DNA from: Octopus sinensis
Taxonomy: Eukaryota
Assembly: GCF_006345805.1 (NCBI RefSeq)
Contig: NC_043008.1
Coordinates: 68,758,001 to 68,822,000, forward strand
Length of the DNA stretch: 64,000 nucleotides
Reading direction: 5' to 3'
The notes below the pieces were generated by a model. It was not told the origin of the DNA. It did no database searches and was given only the letters and a program-made list of their open reading frames with translations. This document shows, piece by piece, positions 44,330 through 58,768 of this stretch. Each line of letters begins with the position of its first letter. Positions within the stretch are counted from its first letter, which is position 1. Position numbers and translations under genes: made by a program.

Positions 44330-44619
44330 TATATATATATATATTATATTATATTAAATTAGAGATAAAACCACTATTAGGCAAATCAAACAATGAAAAA
44401 CTTAAGCCAATACTTAAAATTAATTAATTTATATTATTTTAAATATATATCAAAAGTATTAAAAGTTTAATAAAAGATAATGGGTAAAACACTATGATCG
44501 TTTCATGGCTGTCCAATTCGTAATAATTCGTAATAATTACAGTCAGTCTTCAGGTAATTGAAATATTTATCTTAGCGAGGTTTAGCAATATATATATATA
44601 TATATATATAATATATATA

Positions 44620-45590
44620 TATACTTTATCAATAAAGCTGCAAAGACATCACAAAAACTGATATTCAGCGTTTCACGTTCCCGTTCGTGGTGCAGATTTG
44701 ATTGAGAATGGAACAAAATATGGCTATATTAATAGATATACAATTACATTGATAGATACACATTTGAAAATGGTTTTGTTTCACTGATCCTTTCAACTGT
44801 CTTTTCAATAACCGTTTATATAAAAGTACAACTACGATTTAAAATCATATTATTATAAAATCGAAGAAAACCTTAAATAAAAAATTAGCTTCAGTATGGA
44901 GAAAATCAGGGTAAATTAATAGTAAAATATTAAATTTAAATAAATTAGAATTATATGTCTGTTTAAAATAAAAACATTTACAAAGAGGTAACATCATAAA
45001 AATACATACATTTAGTGATATATACGCCTACCTACAAACCTACATATACTTATATACACTAAACATTCAAACGTTGGTACATGCCTACATACATATACAA
45101 GCAAATACAGGCAAAACATAGAAATATACAAATGCGTTTATAGGTATCCACGTACATATATGTATATACGCAAATAATACTTCTCCATGTGTATTAGAAA
45201 TATACAACTTAGTTGTTACAAGCTAGAGAAAAAAAAACGAAATGACAATCAGAGAATAAGTGTTGGGAGAAAGAAAAAGCAGAAAAAAAATGAAGTGGTG
45301 GAAGAAAGAAAGAAAGAAAGAAAGAAAAGAAGAAGGAAAAAATTAGAACGAGAAAGAGAAAAATAGGTAGAGAGTGAGATTATTTGGAAGTTGGCGTTCC
45401 TAAAAAATATTTAGCAAATGTTATATGCTTCAATAAGTTTGCAAACGCAAACATAAAAACGCACATATACAAAAAGACATGAATATTTACCTAAATACTT
45501 ACATACATACATGCAAAAGTAACACAAATGTAGACACGCATTCAAATATACAGATAAACATATACGTATATATATATATATATATGTGTG

Positions 45591-45669
<79 letters not shown>

Positions 45670-46830
45670 GAAATTTATCGATAAACAAAAGACGAAGACA
45701 GGTGTATGAACAACAAGCAGGGGTATTAGTTTAACGCTCGGGAAAGTGAAAAAGTCTTTTACGTTTCGAGCCTACGCTCCCCAACAGAAAGGAATAAGAG
45801 AAAATAAACAGAGAATAAAAGAAAAACTTGTGGATTTATTTACGTCAAGATACATATATACACCATGACTATGTATGTATACAAATATATTTAAAAATTG
45901 TTTGGTGTATAGAATATTAAAATAAGAAAATTGTACAATAAATTAATATAATATAATTAAATGTAATATAACAATATAAATTATTTTTAAATATATAAAT
46001 TTGAAATAATAATTGAAAATATAAATATGAAAACGAATAAAAATGAGCGAAAATGCGACCTCGACAAAATGTAAATTTAAATTTTAAAAACAGTCGAAAG
46101 TTTGTAATATTAAAAAATGTCTATAATTTAGGAGTATAAGCTAAATTCAGATGCGAAAGTCAAAAAAAATTTTCGAAGGTCTAAAATTTTTACCCATACG
46201 GTATTTTTCAGTTGACATTTTAAACCTTGTAGCGTACCTGCAGGAATTTAAAAGTACTCATCTTTGGTTCAAAGCATGTTTATCCTGGAACAGGATGAAG
46301 AGTTTTTTTCTGAGAGGCAAAGATTGCATTCCATTGATCTTCTATATGCCCTATGCTTATATGGTTCTGCTTTCCCCAAAATTGTCCAGCTGATATTGAA
46401 AGGACGGGTGTCGTTTTACTTCGATTGCCAGTCATGTTTTGCAAGACCTGTTGGTGTCCTATTCTCGGGGTACATGAAAGAATTTCGGTGGGAATAAAAT
46501 TTAGTCGTGAATGAATTTTCCGAAGCCCCTCGTGTGCTATCAATTTTATAATAATATGATTTTAAATCGTAATTATAATGAAAAGACCGTTAGTTGAAAG
46601 GACCAGTGAAACAAAATCATTTTCAAATGTTTAACTATCAAAGTAATTGTATATTTATGCATATAACCATATTTTGTTCCATTCTCAACCAGAACTGTCC
46701 GACGAACGGGAACGTGAAACACCGAGTGACAGATTTTGTGATGTCTTTGCAGCTTTAAAATAAAGCATATTACTCTACCTCCGGTATTCGAGTACTACAT
46801 TTTCCACCTTGTTCCACAGTTTTGTGCTTA
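44620..46830 (-). mobile_element. 5'-truncated Penelope-like element with inverted pLTR segment
   Basis: GIY-YIG relic 46170-46540; about 44630-44880 and about 46530-46780 are reverse-complement homologues carrying the same hammerhead-like motif. Confidence 0.75.
46170..46540 (-). pseudogene. GIY-YIG endonuclease C-terminal relic of a PLE
   Basis: GASENSFTTKFYSHRNSF...TGLAKHDW...FNISWTILGKAEPY...CNLCLSEK, then frameshift to KLFIL...LNQR*..NSCRY..RFK. Confidence 0.8.
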
Positions 46831-46862
46831 CTCTGGTATACATTCACACATGCACACACACC

Positions 46863-46932
<70 letters not shown>

Positions 46933-46994
46933 TATATATATATTATATATATATATATATATATAATATATATATATATATATGTAATAAATAT

Positions 46995-47077
46995 AAATCT
47001 AGAATAGTGGTACAACAATGTCCCAATATTTACTGGAAATAGCAGTCGATAATATACGACGCTATACTAAAACTTCA

Positions 47078-47144
<67 letters not shown>

Positions 47145-47712
47145 CACGTGATCACGTGACCGACCAGACCATCAGATGTTGCTACACATCGCTGGTCACA
47201 ATGCGTTCGCATTGTTTAAGCCTTCGAATGACGCCACCCCGCTGGCTCTGCGAGCAGGCCAATATATATATATATATATATATACTGACAAAGATGTTTG
47301 CACGCGGCGAACATAAAAGTTTTTACCTTACCTGTAGGAAGAACTTTAAATAAATGTAGAACCCAGATGTGGATAATCTAGAACCTAGGTTTCGAACTTT
47401 CCAAATTACGTTTGTTAGCGCATATTCGATTAGTTCTGTTCGGCTAGATTCACCTAGACAAAATTTTGAATGTTGCTACATCAGTGCAAGTAAACTTGTC
47501 TGAACGCCTTGTCGTTAACAGACTGAGAGCAGTGAAAAAGCTTTCAAAAAAAAATTATTAAGTAATGCCACACAGTAGTATTGCTTCCCATTAAAACAAA
47601 GCAGCATCAGGTTAACGTATAAATATAGAATAGTGGTCCAACAACGCCCCAATATTTACTAGAAATAACTGTCGATAACATACGATACTATAGTAAAGAT
47701 TCATTGTATATA

Positions 47713-47762
<50 letters not shown>

Positions 47763-48015
47763 TAGCAAAGATGTTTGCGGGCAGCGTACATAAAAAATTT
47801 CATCTTACTTGTAGGAAGAACGTTAAATAAATGTACAACCCAGATGTGGATAATCTAGGACTTAGGTTTCGGACTTTCCAAATTACGTTTGTTAACGTAA
47901 ATTTGATTAGTTCTGTTGGGCTAGATTCACCTAGACAAAATTTTGAATGTTGCTACATCAGTGCCATTATACTTGTCTCTACGCCTGGCCGTTAACAGAC
48001 CGAGAACAGTGAAAA
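46995..48015. repeat. Head-to-tail units of about 425 bp separated by (TA)n
   Basis: 47284-47537 matches 47761-48014; 47000-47080 matches 47629-47707. Confidence 0.85.
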
Positions 48016-48023
48016 TGTTTATA

Positions 48024-48054
<31 letters not shown>

Positions 48055-48059
48055 ATATA

Positions 48060-48900
48060 CCAGAGTAAACAAATAAATATGAAACAAGATGGAAAAAATA
48101 GTACTCGAGTACCAGAGGTAGCGTAATATGCTTTATTTAAAAGCAGTAACAACATCAGAAAAACAGTTACTCAACGTTTCACGTTCCCGTTCGTCGGACA
48201 GTTTTGTTTAGAATGGAGCAAGATAAAGTTATATGCAGAAATACAATTACTTTGATAGATACACATTTGAAAATGGTTTTGTTTGATTGGTCTTTTCAAC
48301 TAACGGTCTTTTCAATAATCGGTTGCATGAAAAAAGAAATTGCAGCTTAAAATCATATTATTATAAAAACCGAAGAAAACCTTAAATCAAAAATAGCTTA
48401 TGAAGAAAGAAAAAGGCTTGAATACCCAGGGTCAATAATCAGTTGTAAAAATAAAAATTAATTGTAAGATATATGTTTAAAAAAACTTTCACACTAAAAT
48501 ACATATACATTTAGCAATACATACACATACCAAACAATCTGTTACATATACATATATACACTAAACATACAGACGTAGGTAGATGCCTACATACATACAT
48601 ATACAGACATATATAGGTCAAACAAATACATACAAATGCATAAATATGTATGCACGCACACACTCGCGCACATAAAACCTCCTGCCGTATGTTTATACAA
48701 CTTAATTGTTGCAAGCGACAGAATAAAAAACAAAAAAATCAGAGAATAACAAGTGGGAAGAAGAAAGAGAAACGAAGGAAAAAAAGAAAAATAAATAAAA
48801 CAAAAAGAAACAGAAAATTTGAGGGAGAAAGGGAAAAATAGATAGAAGTAGGGACAGTAAAATGATTGACGTTCTGATAATTATCTAACAAAAGTTAGAT
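48060..48900 (-). mobile_element. Second copy of the PLE 3' region seen at 44620-45420
   Basis: Colinear similarity over about 750 bp including GTTTCACGTTCCCGTTCGT. Confidence 0.7.
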
Positions 48901-48940
48901 ATTTCGTTCAGCTTACGTGATTCTTTTTCCCGTCGAGTAC

Positions 48941-49264
48941 AAGGCTCTTCGCCCTGTTCGTGTTTATTTCTTCTCGAGCCATGCCTAGCTCATAAGGGTT
49001 GGTTTCCCGGTTTCATTGGCGTATAAATTCCCCACCAGGATGGGACGTCGCTCCGTCATAGGTGAGCTGGTAGATGCAGGTGGAAAAAGTGAGAGAAAGT
49101 TGTGGCGAAAGAGTCTGCAGAAGTTTGCCGTTACCTTCTGCCGGAGCCGCGTGGAGCTTAGGTGTTTCGCTCATAAACACACATACCACCCGGTCTGTGA
49201 TTCGAACCCCGCGATCCTTCGACAGCGAGTCCGCTGCTCTAACCACTAGGCCATGTGCCTCCAC
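48941..49264 (-). mobile_element. SINE family D (partial copies 57924-58165 and about 41870-42095)
   Basis: Minus-strand tRNA-like head TGGCCTAGTGGTTAGAGC ... GGTTCGAATC. Confidence 0.75.
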
Positions 49265-49285
49265 TATATACATACATACATACAT

Positions 49286-49379
<94 letters not shown>

Positions 49380-49449
49380 CATACACACATATATATATAT
49401 ATATATATACTTGTATATATGTATATATGTATATATGTATGTATGTATA

Positions 49450-49842
49450 TCTTTACATATAAAAGTGAAGTTGTGTCTGTCTCCTACGATTTAGATTCCT
49501 AACTACTCCCACATTTTGCGGTGCAGTGTAACCAAAACCGGGTATCTTATAGTTGTGATTCATATCGAGCCCTTCTGGGTATTAGCGCGCGTCTACGATG
49601 AGTCTACGATTTAAAAAAAAGTTACCATCATTTTTTTCCATTTTAATGCATTTTTTCGCTATTATATAAGGGAAGTAACTCTCTAAAAATGACTACGATG
49701 AGTCAACGATTTTAAAAAAAATGACCATAATTCTTTTCCCATTTTTAATGCATTTTTTGCTATTTTTTGGCTAGAACTCTCTAAAAATGCTTATATAGTT
49801 ATTTCCCTTACAAATCCGAGCAAAGCCGGGCGATACTGCTAG
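49450..49842 (+). mobile_element. Non-autonomous Helitron
   Basis: A|TC start, GC-rich subterminal CCGAGCAAAGCCGGG, CTAG|T end; internal tandem duplication of about 99 bp. Confidence 0.75.
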
Positions 49843-50449
49843 TATATATATATATATACATATATATAATTATATATATATATATTTATATATTTATATA
49901 TATATGTGTGTATGTTATATGTATTTATACCATATGTACCATATAGTATACACTCATTTAGCCATTTATTCGTTAGATTCATTGCATTGCAGTCACACAC
50001 ACACACACGCTCGCGTACACGCACACACACACGCACACGCGCGCACACACACACATTATAGCTAAAAATTTTAATGATAATTAAAATCTGGATGGAGGTA
50101 TTCACTGAAACCTCAACGACTGTTTGTGGTTTGGCTGAGTATAGATGCAATTTTATTACCCCGTACTTTGTTTGCGTTGAGCCGCCGACTAGCGCTACCA
50201 GTCATCGTAGAATGACTGGAATAGAGTAAGAGTATTCCAGAGACAGATGTACCTTTATTGTAATTTTCGGGTATATTCAGCGAGATATAGTTTGACTTGG
50301 CTGGAACGTTGAATTACAAGTATAATTCATGAAATGGGCTTCCACGCAGTTTTCTTATATATTCAGTTACATCGCACAAATCATAGGTCTGTCCGAAGAT
50401 CTGTATGTGTGTAAGTGCATGGTTTGGCCAATAAAAGAAAATATTATTA

Positions 50450-50520
<71 letters not shown>

Positions 50521-50981
50521 GAGTGAGAGAGCAGTTCATGCCATCAAAGTGACACTGGGGTAAAATATACGAAGCCCAATATACCCATCATGACTACCCG
50601 TCTGATAAAGGTACACCAGGCACATGCATCACAACCATATGTGCGCGACATGGTGATCTCATATCAAGATAAACAGCACATGACCTTGCAGGTGGGGCCC
50701 AGTAAGAATTTTCTTCAGGTTGAGTAGCCCATCCCGCTCAAACGGTCCCTGAATAAGGGTTGTTTAAGGATGTTGAAAGAACCACCCATGTTTCCAGAGG
50801 TGAACTATTCAAACCCCAAAGAATCCCTCTCAACACATGGCTATGATGCTCCCCCACTACTTCTGCTCGTGATCAGAGATGCACATATCGTCAGCCATTA
50901 AGGGACATGCTCAACTGGTTAAGGTCAAACAACTGACAAGCAAATCTGTGGTATTGAGCAGAATATTTGCTATAGCCCATC

Positions 50982-50985
<4 letters not shown>
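50521..50985 (-). mobile_element. (TAA)n-embedded repeat, probable 3' UTR or non-autonomous derivative of a TAA-targeting LINE
   Basis: Flanked on both sides by (ATT)n; homologue at 22085-22378; strand assigned from microsatellite orientation. Confidence 0.65.
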
Positions 50986-51060
<75 letters not shown>

Positions 51061-51061
<1 letters not shown>

Positions 51062-52640
51062 TATGTTTGACTTTTGCTTTATGTCTGTACAAGTTGGCTC
51101 CAAGTCTCACCCAGAGACCTCAAGAGACAACAGGTTGGAAGTTCTGTGCCATATATTTGGGTTTTTTTTTGGTGTTGTACTAGTGAATGTCTAATACATA
51201 AAAAAAAAAGTTTGTTTTAAACCTTGGGATTACATAGAGAGTATTTTGCGTAGGATATGAGCAGTTCCCATGAGCACTATCTTTTGAATTTCTGCCATTT
51301 TGGGGTTTCCTGGTATCTGAGTTAGGTAGCAATCAGTCCCTTTCGCTATTATTCCCAGGGCACCTATGACAACAGGTATTGTTTTAGTCTTCAGCTTCCA
51401 CATTTTGCTGATTTCTATTTCAAGATCTTTATATTTGCGCAGTTTTTGGTAGGTCTTGACAGATACGTTTATATCGATTGGGACAGTCATATCAATGAGG
51501 AGGCATGTTCTTGGTCTGAAGTCTTTCAATATGATGTCTGGCCTATTTGCATCTATCTTCCTGTCAGAGGAGTGAGATGTAGTCATTTTCAAGCACTGGA
51601 GGTGGATTGTGTTCCCACCAGTTTTTTTCATGGGGCAAATCCAGGTTATTGCAAATTACCCAGTGAATATATTGTGCAGCTCTATCATGCCTGTTGAGGT
51701 ACTCTGTAGGCGCTAGAAGACCGCATTTGGAGACAACATGATCAATGGTTTCATTTTGTTGTCGGCATACACGACATGTTGGGCTACTGCCGTTCTTTAA
51801 TATGTTGGCCTGGTAGTTTCTTGTTGGTAGGCATTGATCTTGAGCTGCTATGATAAACCCCTCTGTTTCAGATTTAGCCATTGATGGGTCAGAGCTTTGT
51901 CATAATATCTGCATTATTCGCTCTCTTTGGGTATTTGCCATAGAGAGGTTTTTCTTGCCATTTATTTTTCAGAATATCTAAGGCCGCAGTTTTGGCACGG
52001 GTTTTCATGAGCCTAGCTTTTTTTGTGCTTGTTTCTTGTATGTCTGTCTGTCTCTAATTCCGAAATTGGTTGTATTCGGAATTCACTTAGATATTCCTTT
52101 GCCTGTTTTGTGACTGAGTATGATTCTTTCTTGTTTTCATGTTTTGAGACAAGTTTTAACATCCAGTCCTCAGAGTTTTTCAGGTAGGTGTCTAGGCCAA
52201 TTGTAGCAATCTTCATTGTTATTGCCAGTTGCAAAAGACCACGGCCTCCCTCTTTTCTTGGCAGATAGAGTCGTTCTGTATCTGCCTTAGGGTGGTGCAT
52301 TCTATGCATTGTCAACAGTTTCCTTATTTTTCTGTCGAGCTGACATATTTCAATAATTGACCAGTTAACAATATTGAAACTGTAAGTCACGACTGGTATG
52401 GCTAATGCATTGATCGCTTCGATCCTGTTTCTTGCATTCAGCTCTGTCTTGAGTATTGCTCTCACTCTTCGATAACATTCTCTCCTGATCCTTTCCTTCA
52501 TCTCTGAATGCTTTATTCCGTTCCCTTCAATTACCCCTAGGTACTTGTAGCTCTCCGCTGGGTCTAGTTCTTTTATGACATTCTGCTGGTCAAGGTTAAC
52601 GTTAGATGTTTCTGTCATTTTTCCTTTGATAAAGGTAGCT
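51061..52640 (-). mobile_element. 5'-truncated R4/Dong-like non-LTR retrotransposon (RT C-terminus, CCHC knuckle, RLE endonuclease)
   Basis: YKYLG, PRKEGGRGL, ETEGFIIAAQDQ, CRVC...ETIDHVVSKC, RHD, NRPDIIL, IDMTVP, KYKDL; sits within (TAA)n. Confidence 0.92.
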
Positions 52641-52656
52641 TATTATATTATTATTA

Positions 52657-52711
<55 letters not shown>

Positions 52712-52743
52712 TATCATCGTCATCATCATCATCATCATCATCA

Positions 52744-52796
<53 letters not shown>

Positions 52797-53094
52797 TAAG
52801 ATGATACGCAGTATAAGCCGTGACCTGTTGATTGCGAAGTGAATTTCTGAGCCGTTATATTGCGCCCACGATATTTTAAATATGATGACTATAAAATATA
52901 CAATGAAAATGCAATGAATGTGTATGTGTATGTGTGTGTGTGAGTGAGGTAGACAGTGAGAAAGGGAAAGTGAGAGAGAGAGAATGAGAGAGCGAGTGAT
53001 ACACCTACGTCCGCCTTATCTACTAACGGCACCAACAGGAATTCCTTTCAGTTGACAGAACAAAATAAATGACAAATAAATAAATCAACAACAC

Positions 53095-53147
<53 letters not shown>

Positions 53148-53752
53148 CATGCATTCACGCACATATATACATAAATGCACACTTTCAAATAATTCTACCT
53201 TTATTACACAAAGCACACGCAAACACAAATACGCTTACGTACATATAAATACATACATACATACATACATACATACATGCACACATACATATATACATAC
53301 ATGCATGCAAGCACACATACATATATACATACAAACACACACACATATATATATATATACGCACGCGCATACCTACATGTAAATACACACACGCATACAC
53401 ACACACACACACACACATATACATACACACATATCCATTCTCATAGAGATTCACCACAGATATATGAATAGCAAACAACAGAAAAGGAAACAGTTGGTAG
53501 AAACTTATTGAGAAGGCTACAGATGTATGACGAAAGGCTTTTGACAGATCGATTAATAAAAAGCCAAACTGCAACCACTGCGTGTGTTTTATGAGTAGAA
53601 TGACCCTCCCAGTATAGGAGAATATCTATTGTTACCCACACTTTCACATCAAGAAGCTTGAAAAAAACCCCAAAATACAGAAAAGAAACATACATATATT
53701 AATATAAGTAAATGTTTATGTGTGTATGTGATTATGTGTATATGTGTGTGTT

Positions 53753-53832
<80 letters not shown>

Positions 53833-54488
53833 TATATATGTGTCTTGTTCATAGATATTTTTTTTATACTTCCTTATAACTCCATCTTTTTCTCTCCCAT
53901 CCAAATATATCCTCCCCGTCCCCTACTTTCTATCTCTTCTCTGCACAGGCTAGTTCGATCTCCTTCTTACATACACACAACTCATTCACCCCCACCCACA
54001 CACACACACACACTCACCTACACATTAAACCACTCACATCTGCAAACTTGCACATATACACCTCGTATTCTCCAAACACTATTCACCCATACAATCATAC
54101 ACCGACATACTTTTATACACATTTATACACTTATATGTATGTATGTATGTATGCATGAATGTATGTATGTATGTATGTATGTATGTATGCATGAATGTAT
54201 GTATGTATGTATGTATGTATGTATGTATGTATGTATGTATGTATGTATGTATGTGTATGTATGTATGTATGTATGTATGTATGTATGTATGAATGTATGT
54301 ATGTATGAATGTATGTATGTATGTATGAATGTATGTATGTATGTATGAATGTATGTATGTATGTATGTATGTTTCCATGTATGTATGTATATATACACAC
54401 TCATAAATATATACATACATATACATATTTATATGTATTTATACATATATATGCGTACACACATACATATTCGCACAATGTGTGTGTG

Positions 54489-54535
<47 letters not shown>

Positions 54536-55194
54536 ATATATATACACACATATGTAGACACACACACACATACATATATATATACATGCATGCATACATA
54601 CATATATACACATATACATATACATATATATATACACACATTCAATGACTAGAGGGTTATGTGTGTGGAATATTTATGTAGTGATGCCCCAGTGTGATTG
54701 AAAACCTTGATTAACTAAAGACCTAGCAACCATCACTTGCATATGTCCCTTAGCTATTGTAATTGTAAAAACACATCATTCATTTCACAAAAGCTCGTCG
54801 ACAATTTCACCTTTTTTCCATTCTAATCTTCACACAAGCACGGCGCCAAATCTTTCGCTTAAAGAATATATAAATAGACTTGGTCTAAAGCGGCTAAGCG
54901 AGATTCATGATAATTTCTTTCTCAACAGATACTCTTCACTTTGCAACGTCTTCTTCATATTTCTGGCATGAAAAGCAACAACAACAACAACAACAATAGC
55001 AACAAAATGGACGACAAAAATAACGTAAGAAAACGAAAGAGCTAGAATAAAAAAAAAAGCAACGTAACAAAAACTCTTATATTTGAAAAATATAAAAAAT
55101 GAAAATAAAAAATAAAATAAAAAACAGGGCTCCTGCTACTGCTGCTGCTACTACAACAACAGCAAGAACAACAGCTACTATTGCTGCTGCTGCG

Positions 55195-55237
<43 letters not shown>

Positions 55238-56451
55238 GTGCTGCTGCTATTAGTTATTAGACTCGCTGTTTCAAGAAAGGCATTGAATGTCCCTAGCTCT
55301 GCGAAATTAACCAATAACATTACCAAGGAATATAGCTACAGAAAGAATCCAACAACCCCGTCTTCGGAGACGCTATAGAACCTTATAACAACAGATGTAA
55401 GGGACCGGAAGCAAATTTTCAGAAAGAGGAAAAGGCATTTGAAATTGCCTCCAGTTGGCGACTGGTACTTATTTGAATAAATTCTAATATCTTAGTGGGG
55501 ATAAGATTTTGAATACAATTGTTTTTGACATTGTGTGTTCAAAATCTTTCATCTTTTTTACCTCAGCCATCTACGAGGTATGATATACACTAAGTATCTA
55601 TTATTGTGAAGGCGCGTGGTGTAGTGGTAATGATGTTGCGCTCACGGATGCAAGATTACTGTTTCGATTCCCAGACTGGTGGCGCGTTGTGCTTTTGAAC
55701 AAAGCATAAACATATCATTTCACCTTGTTCCCGAAAACTCAGCTGCAAATATAGGGAAAACTACAACGGACGGGTGTCTCGTTTAGGGGGTATGTTGGTT
55801 ATCGCGTGTGTATGCATGTATATGTTTGTGTGTATTTAGTTGGGGATGGGGCCTTACGTGATGAATTAAGCCCGGCTGTATGTAGAACAGTAATCTGAAA
55901 ACAGAGATTATAGAATGAGAAGAGGTAGCCGACAAAAGTAACCATAAATTCTGGGACTGAATTGTGAGTTGAAATTCTATCTTTGAGCAGAATGACTAAA
56001 AGGTTTCTAATATTGCGATAGATTTAGAGGGGCAAGCAAAACCTGATTAGCTCCTATAGTTTCTGGGTGGGGCAAAGCATCGACGATGTTTATTTCACCA
56101 GATAGAATAACATAGCAACGTAGAAACCTTTCTGTCGTCGCTTCATCTGCTAGAAATAATAGTTAAATTTCCTTCAAATAACACCATAAACACCTTAATT
56201 ATCGAAGTGCACATTGAATAATGTATATGAAAAAAATATAAAACGATTGTAAAAAATCTGGAAGGCTTGTGATCATACGCGTGCTACATCAGAACTGTCA
56301 TAGGACCAAACACCAGACAATAAGAGCAAGCAGAAGAAGAATACGGAGTGAGTACAAATGAGAGGGCTCGACCGTTTCAGCGAAGCATTGCTAGCAGCAT
56401 TGAATGTCGAGTTTAAATTGTACTGGATATATATATATATATATATATATA

Positions 56452-56528
<77 letters not shown>

Positions 56529-57221
56529 GTGGTTTAGGGAGGAAAGATATTTGCAATGAGAAGAATTTGACCAAATCGAGAGTGAAAGACAGCAAATGGT
56601 AAATGACTGGACCAAACAGATGAATTCTAAATCAATAACCAATATTATTTTCAGAATACGTCAAAGTAACAATCAGCTTGTAGTTCAATAACTAAGAGGA
56701 ACATTGGCTGACCTGATGACTGGCTTGTTGTTAGATGGATTAATTGGCTGGATAGAGGACCTCTTGGCTGCTTCATGGATAGTTTATTGGTAGCCAGGAT
56801 GATTAGATGTAGTCATTTAACACCAGGTCAGACCTTATCGAGCAGATATCCGAACGAAGTCATTCGACTCGTGACCATCTAACCTTCTTGCTCTGTATAT
56901 GGAACCCAGGACTATATATTCCAATGCATCATTTACTAAGTCGGTTTGATGGGATATGAAGTAGTGTGCTTACTCGTTGGCTAGTAGCTGGTTGGGTGGT
57001 TGCATCAACGGCTGTCCGACTGTCTGGCTGGTATCCATCCCAGTGGTTCTGTAAATGAAATTCACAGTCATGTATTTAAGACCAAACCATTACTCAGCTA
57101 ATTTCATCAGATTTTACAATGGTAATTGTGATTTGCATTCATGAATAACCAACAAGAAATATGCATGTGCGTATATGTGTGCGTGCGTATATATCTAATA
57201 TCCATATATGTATAAATGTGT

Positions 57222-57252
<31 letters not shown>

Positions 57253-57280
57253 ATACACATGTATATATATACATATATAA

Positions 57281-57311
<31 letters not shown>

Positions 57312-58168
57312 TGTATGTATGTATGTATGTATGTATGTATGTGTGTGTATGTATATGTATATGTGTGTGTGTGTATACGGATAGAAAAAACAAAAAGCAT
57401 TGAAAAACAAATATAAAAAATTTGAAAAATCGGATAAAATGACATGAAAATTATAACTCCTTCCCAGTCTATCTCACTTTCTGCCTGTCTGTCTGTCTGT
57501 CTCACACCATATTACTTTCTGTATTTGTATGTATGCAAGTATATGTGTAAGCATCTGCAAGCATGTATGTATTCATTTGAAAAAGCTGTAATTGTTTTTA
57601 AATAAATGTATTTGCGCACTTACCAAACTAGTTTCAGCAATCTTTTGTTTATCAATGGTATATACGTAAAGAAAACAATGGGTTTTTAAAAATTTCAATT
57701 TGCGAAGTAGAAAACACGTTTAAATGATTAAATGTTTACAAAATTCAAAGACAGGGGTAGATAATATGAAAAATGATCGGCGAAGATTATAGAAAATGTG
57801 AATTATTGAAAGTTCGGTACTACTGAGTTAAGAGAGAGAAATAACAGAAGAGAGTAAAAAAAGGAGGGTTTTTTTATTACAGTTTCTGTCATCTTGCATG
57901 TGATTCTTTTTTCCGTCGCGTACAAGGCTCTTCGCCCTGTTTTTGTTCGTTCCTTTTCGAACCATGCCTGGCTCATAAGAGCCGGTTTCCCGGTTTCATT
58001 GGCGTATAGGTTTCCCACCAGGACGGGACATGTGTCCGTCATAGTTGAGCTGGTAGATGCAGGAAGAAAGAACGAAAGTCGTGACGAAAGAGTCTGCAAA
58101 AGTTCGCCATGAACTTCTGCCGGAGCAGCCCCGAGCTTAGGTGTTTCGCTCATAAAAACACACACATA

Positions 58169-58353
<185 letters not shown>

Positions 58354-58768
58354 GTTTAAGTGTGTGTATGTGTGTGTGTGTGTATATGTATTTATATCAT
58401 ATGTATCACAATATTCACTCATTTACCCATTTATTTGTTACATTCAGTGGATTGCAGCCACACGCGCGCACACACATACACGCACACACACACGCACGCA
58501 CACACACACACACACGCGCACACACACACACACGCACACACACACAGACAAACACACACACACATCATAACTAAATTTTAATGATATTTAAAATCAGGAT
58601 GGTGGTATTCACTGAAACATCAACGACTGTTTGTGGCTGGGCTGAGTATAAATGCAATTTTATTACCCCGCACTTTGTTTGCCCTGAGCCGCCGACTATC
58701 GCTACCAGTCCTCATAGTATGCCTGGAATAACGTAAGAGTGACAATCGGAGCGCTTTCTGTTCGGTTT

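Noticed and set aside
56270-56355. Possible host exon ending at a GTGAGT donor; a similar minus-strand donor lies near 39515
   Set aside because: Isolated splice-like hexamers without a supported acceptor, frame or protein similarity.
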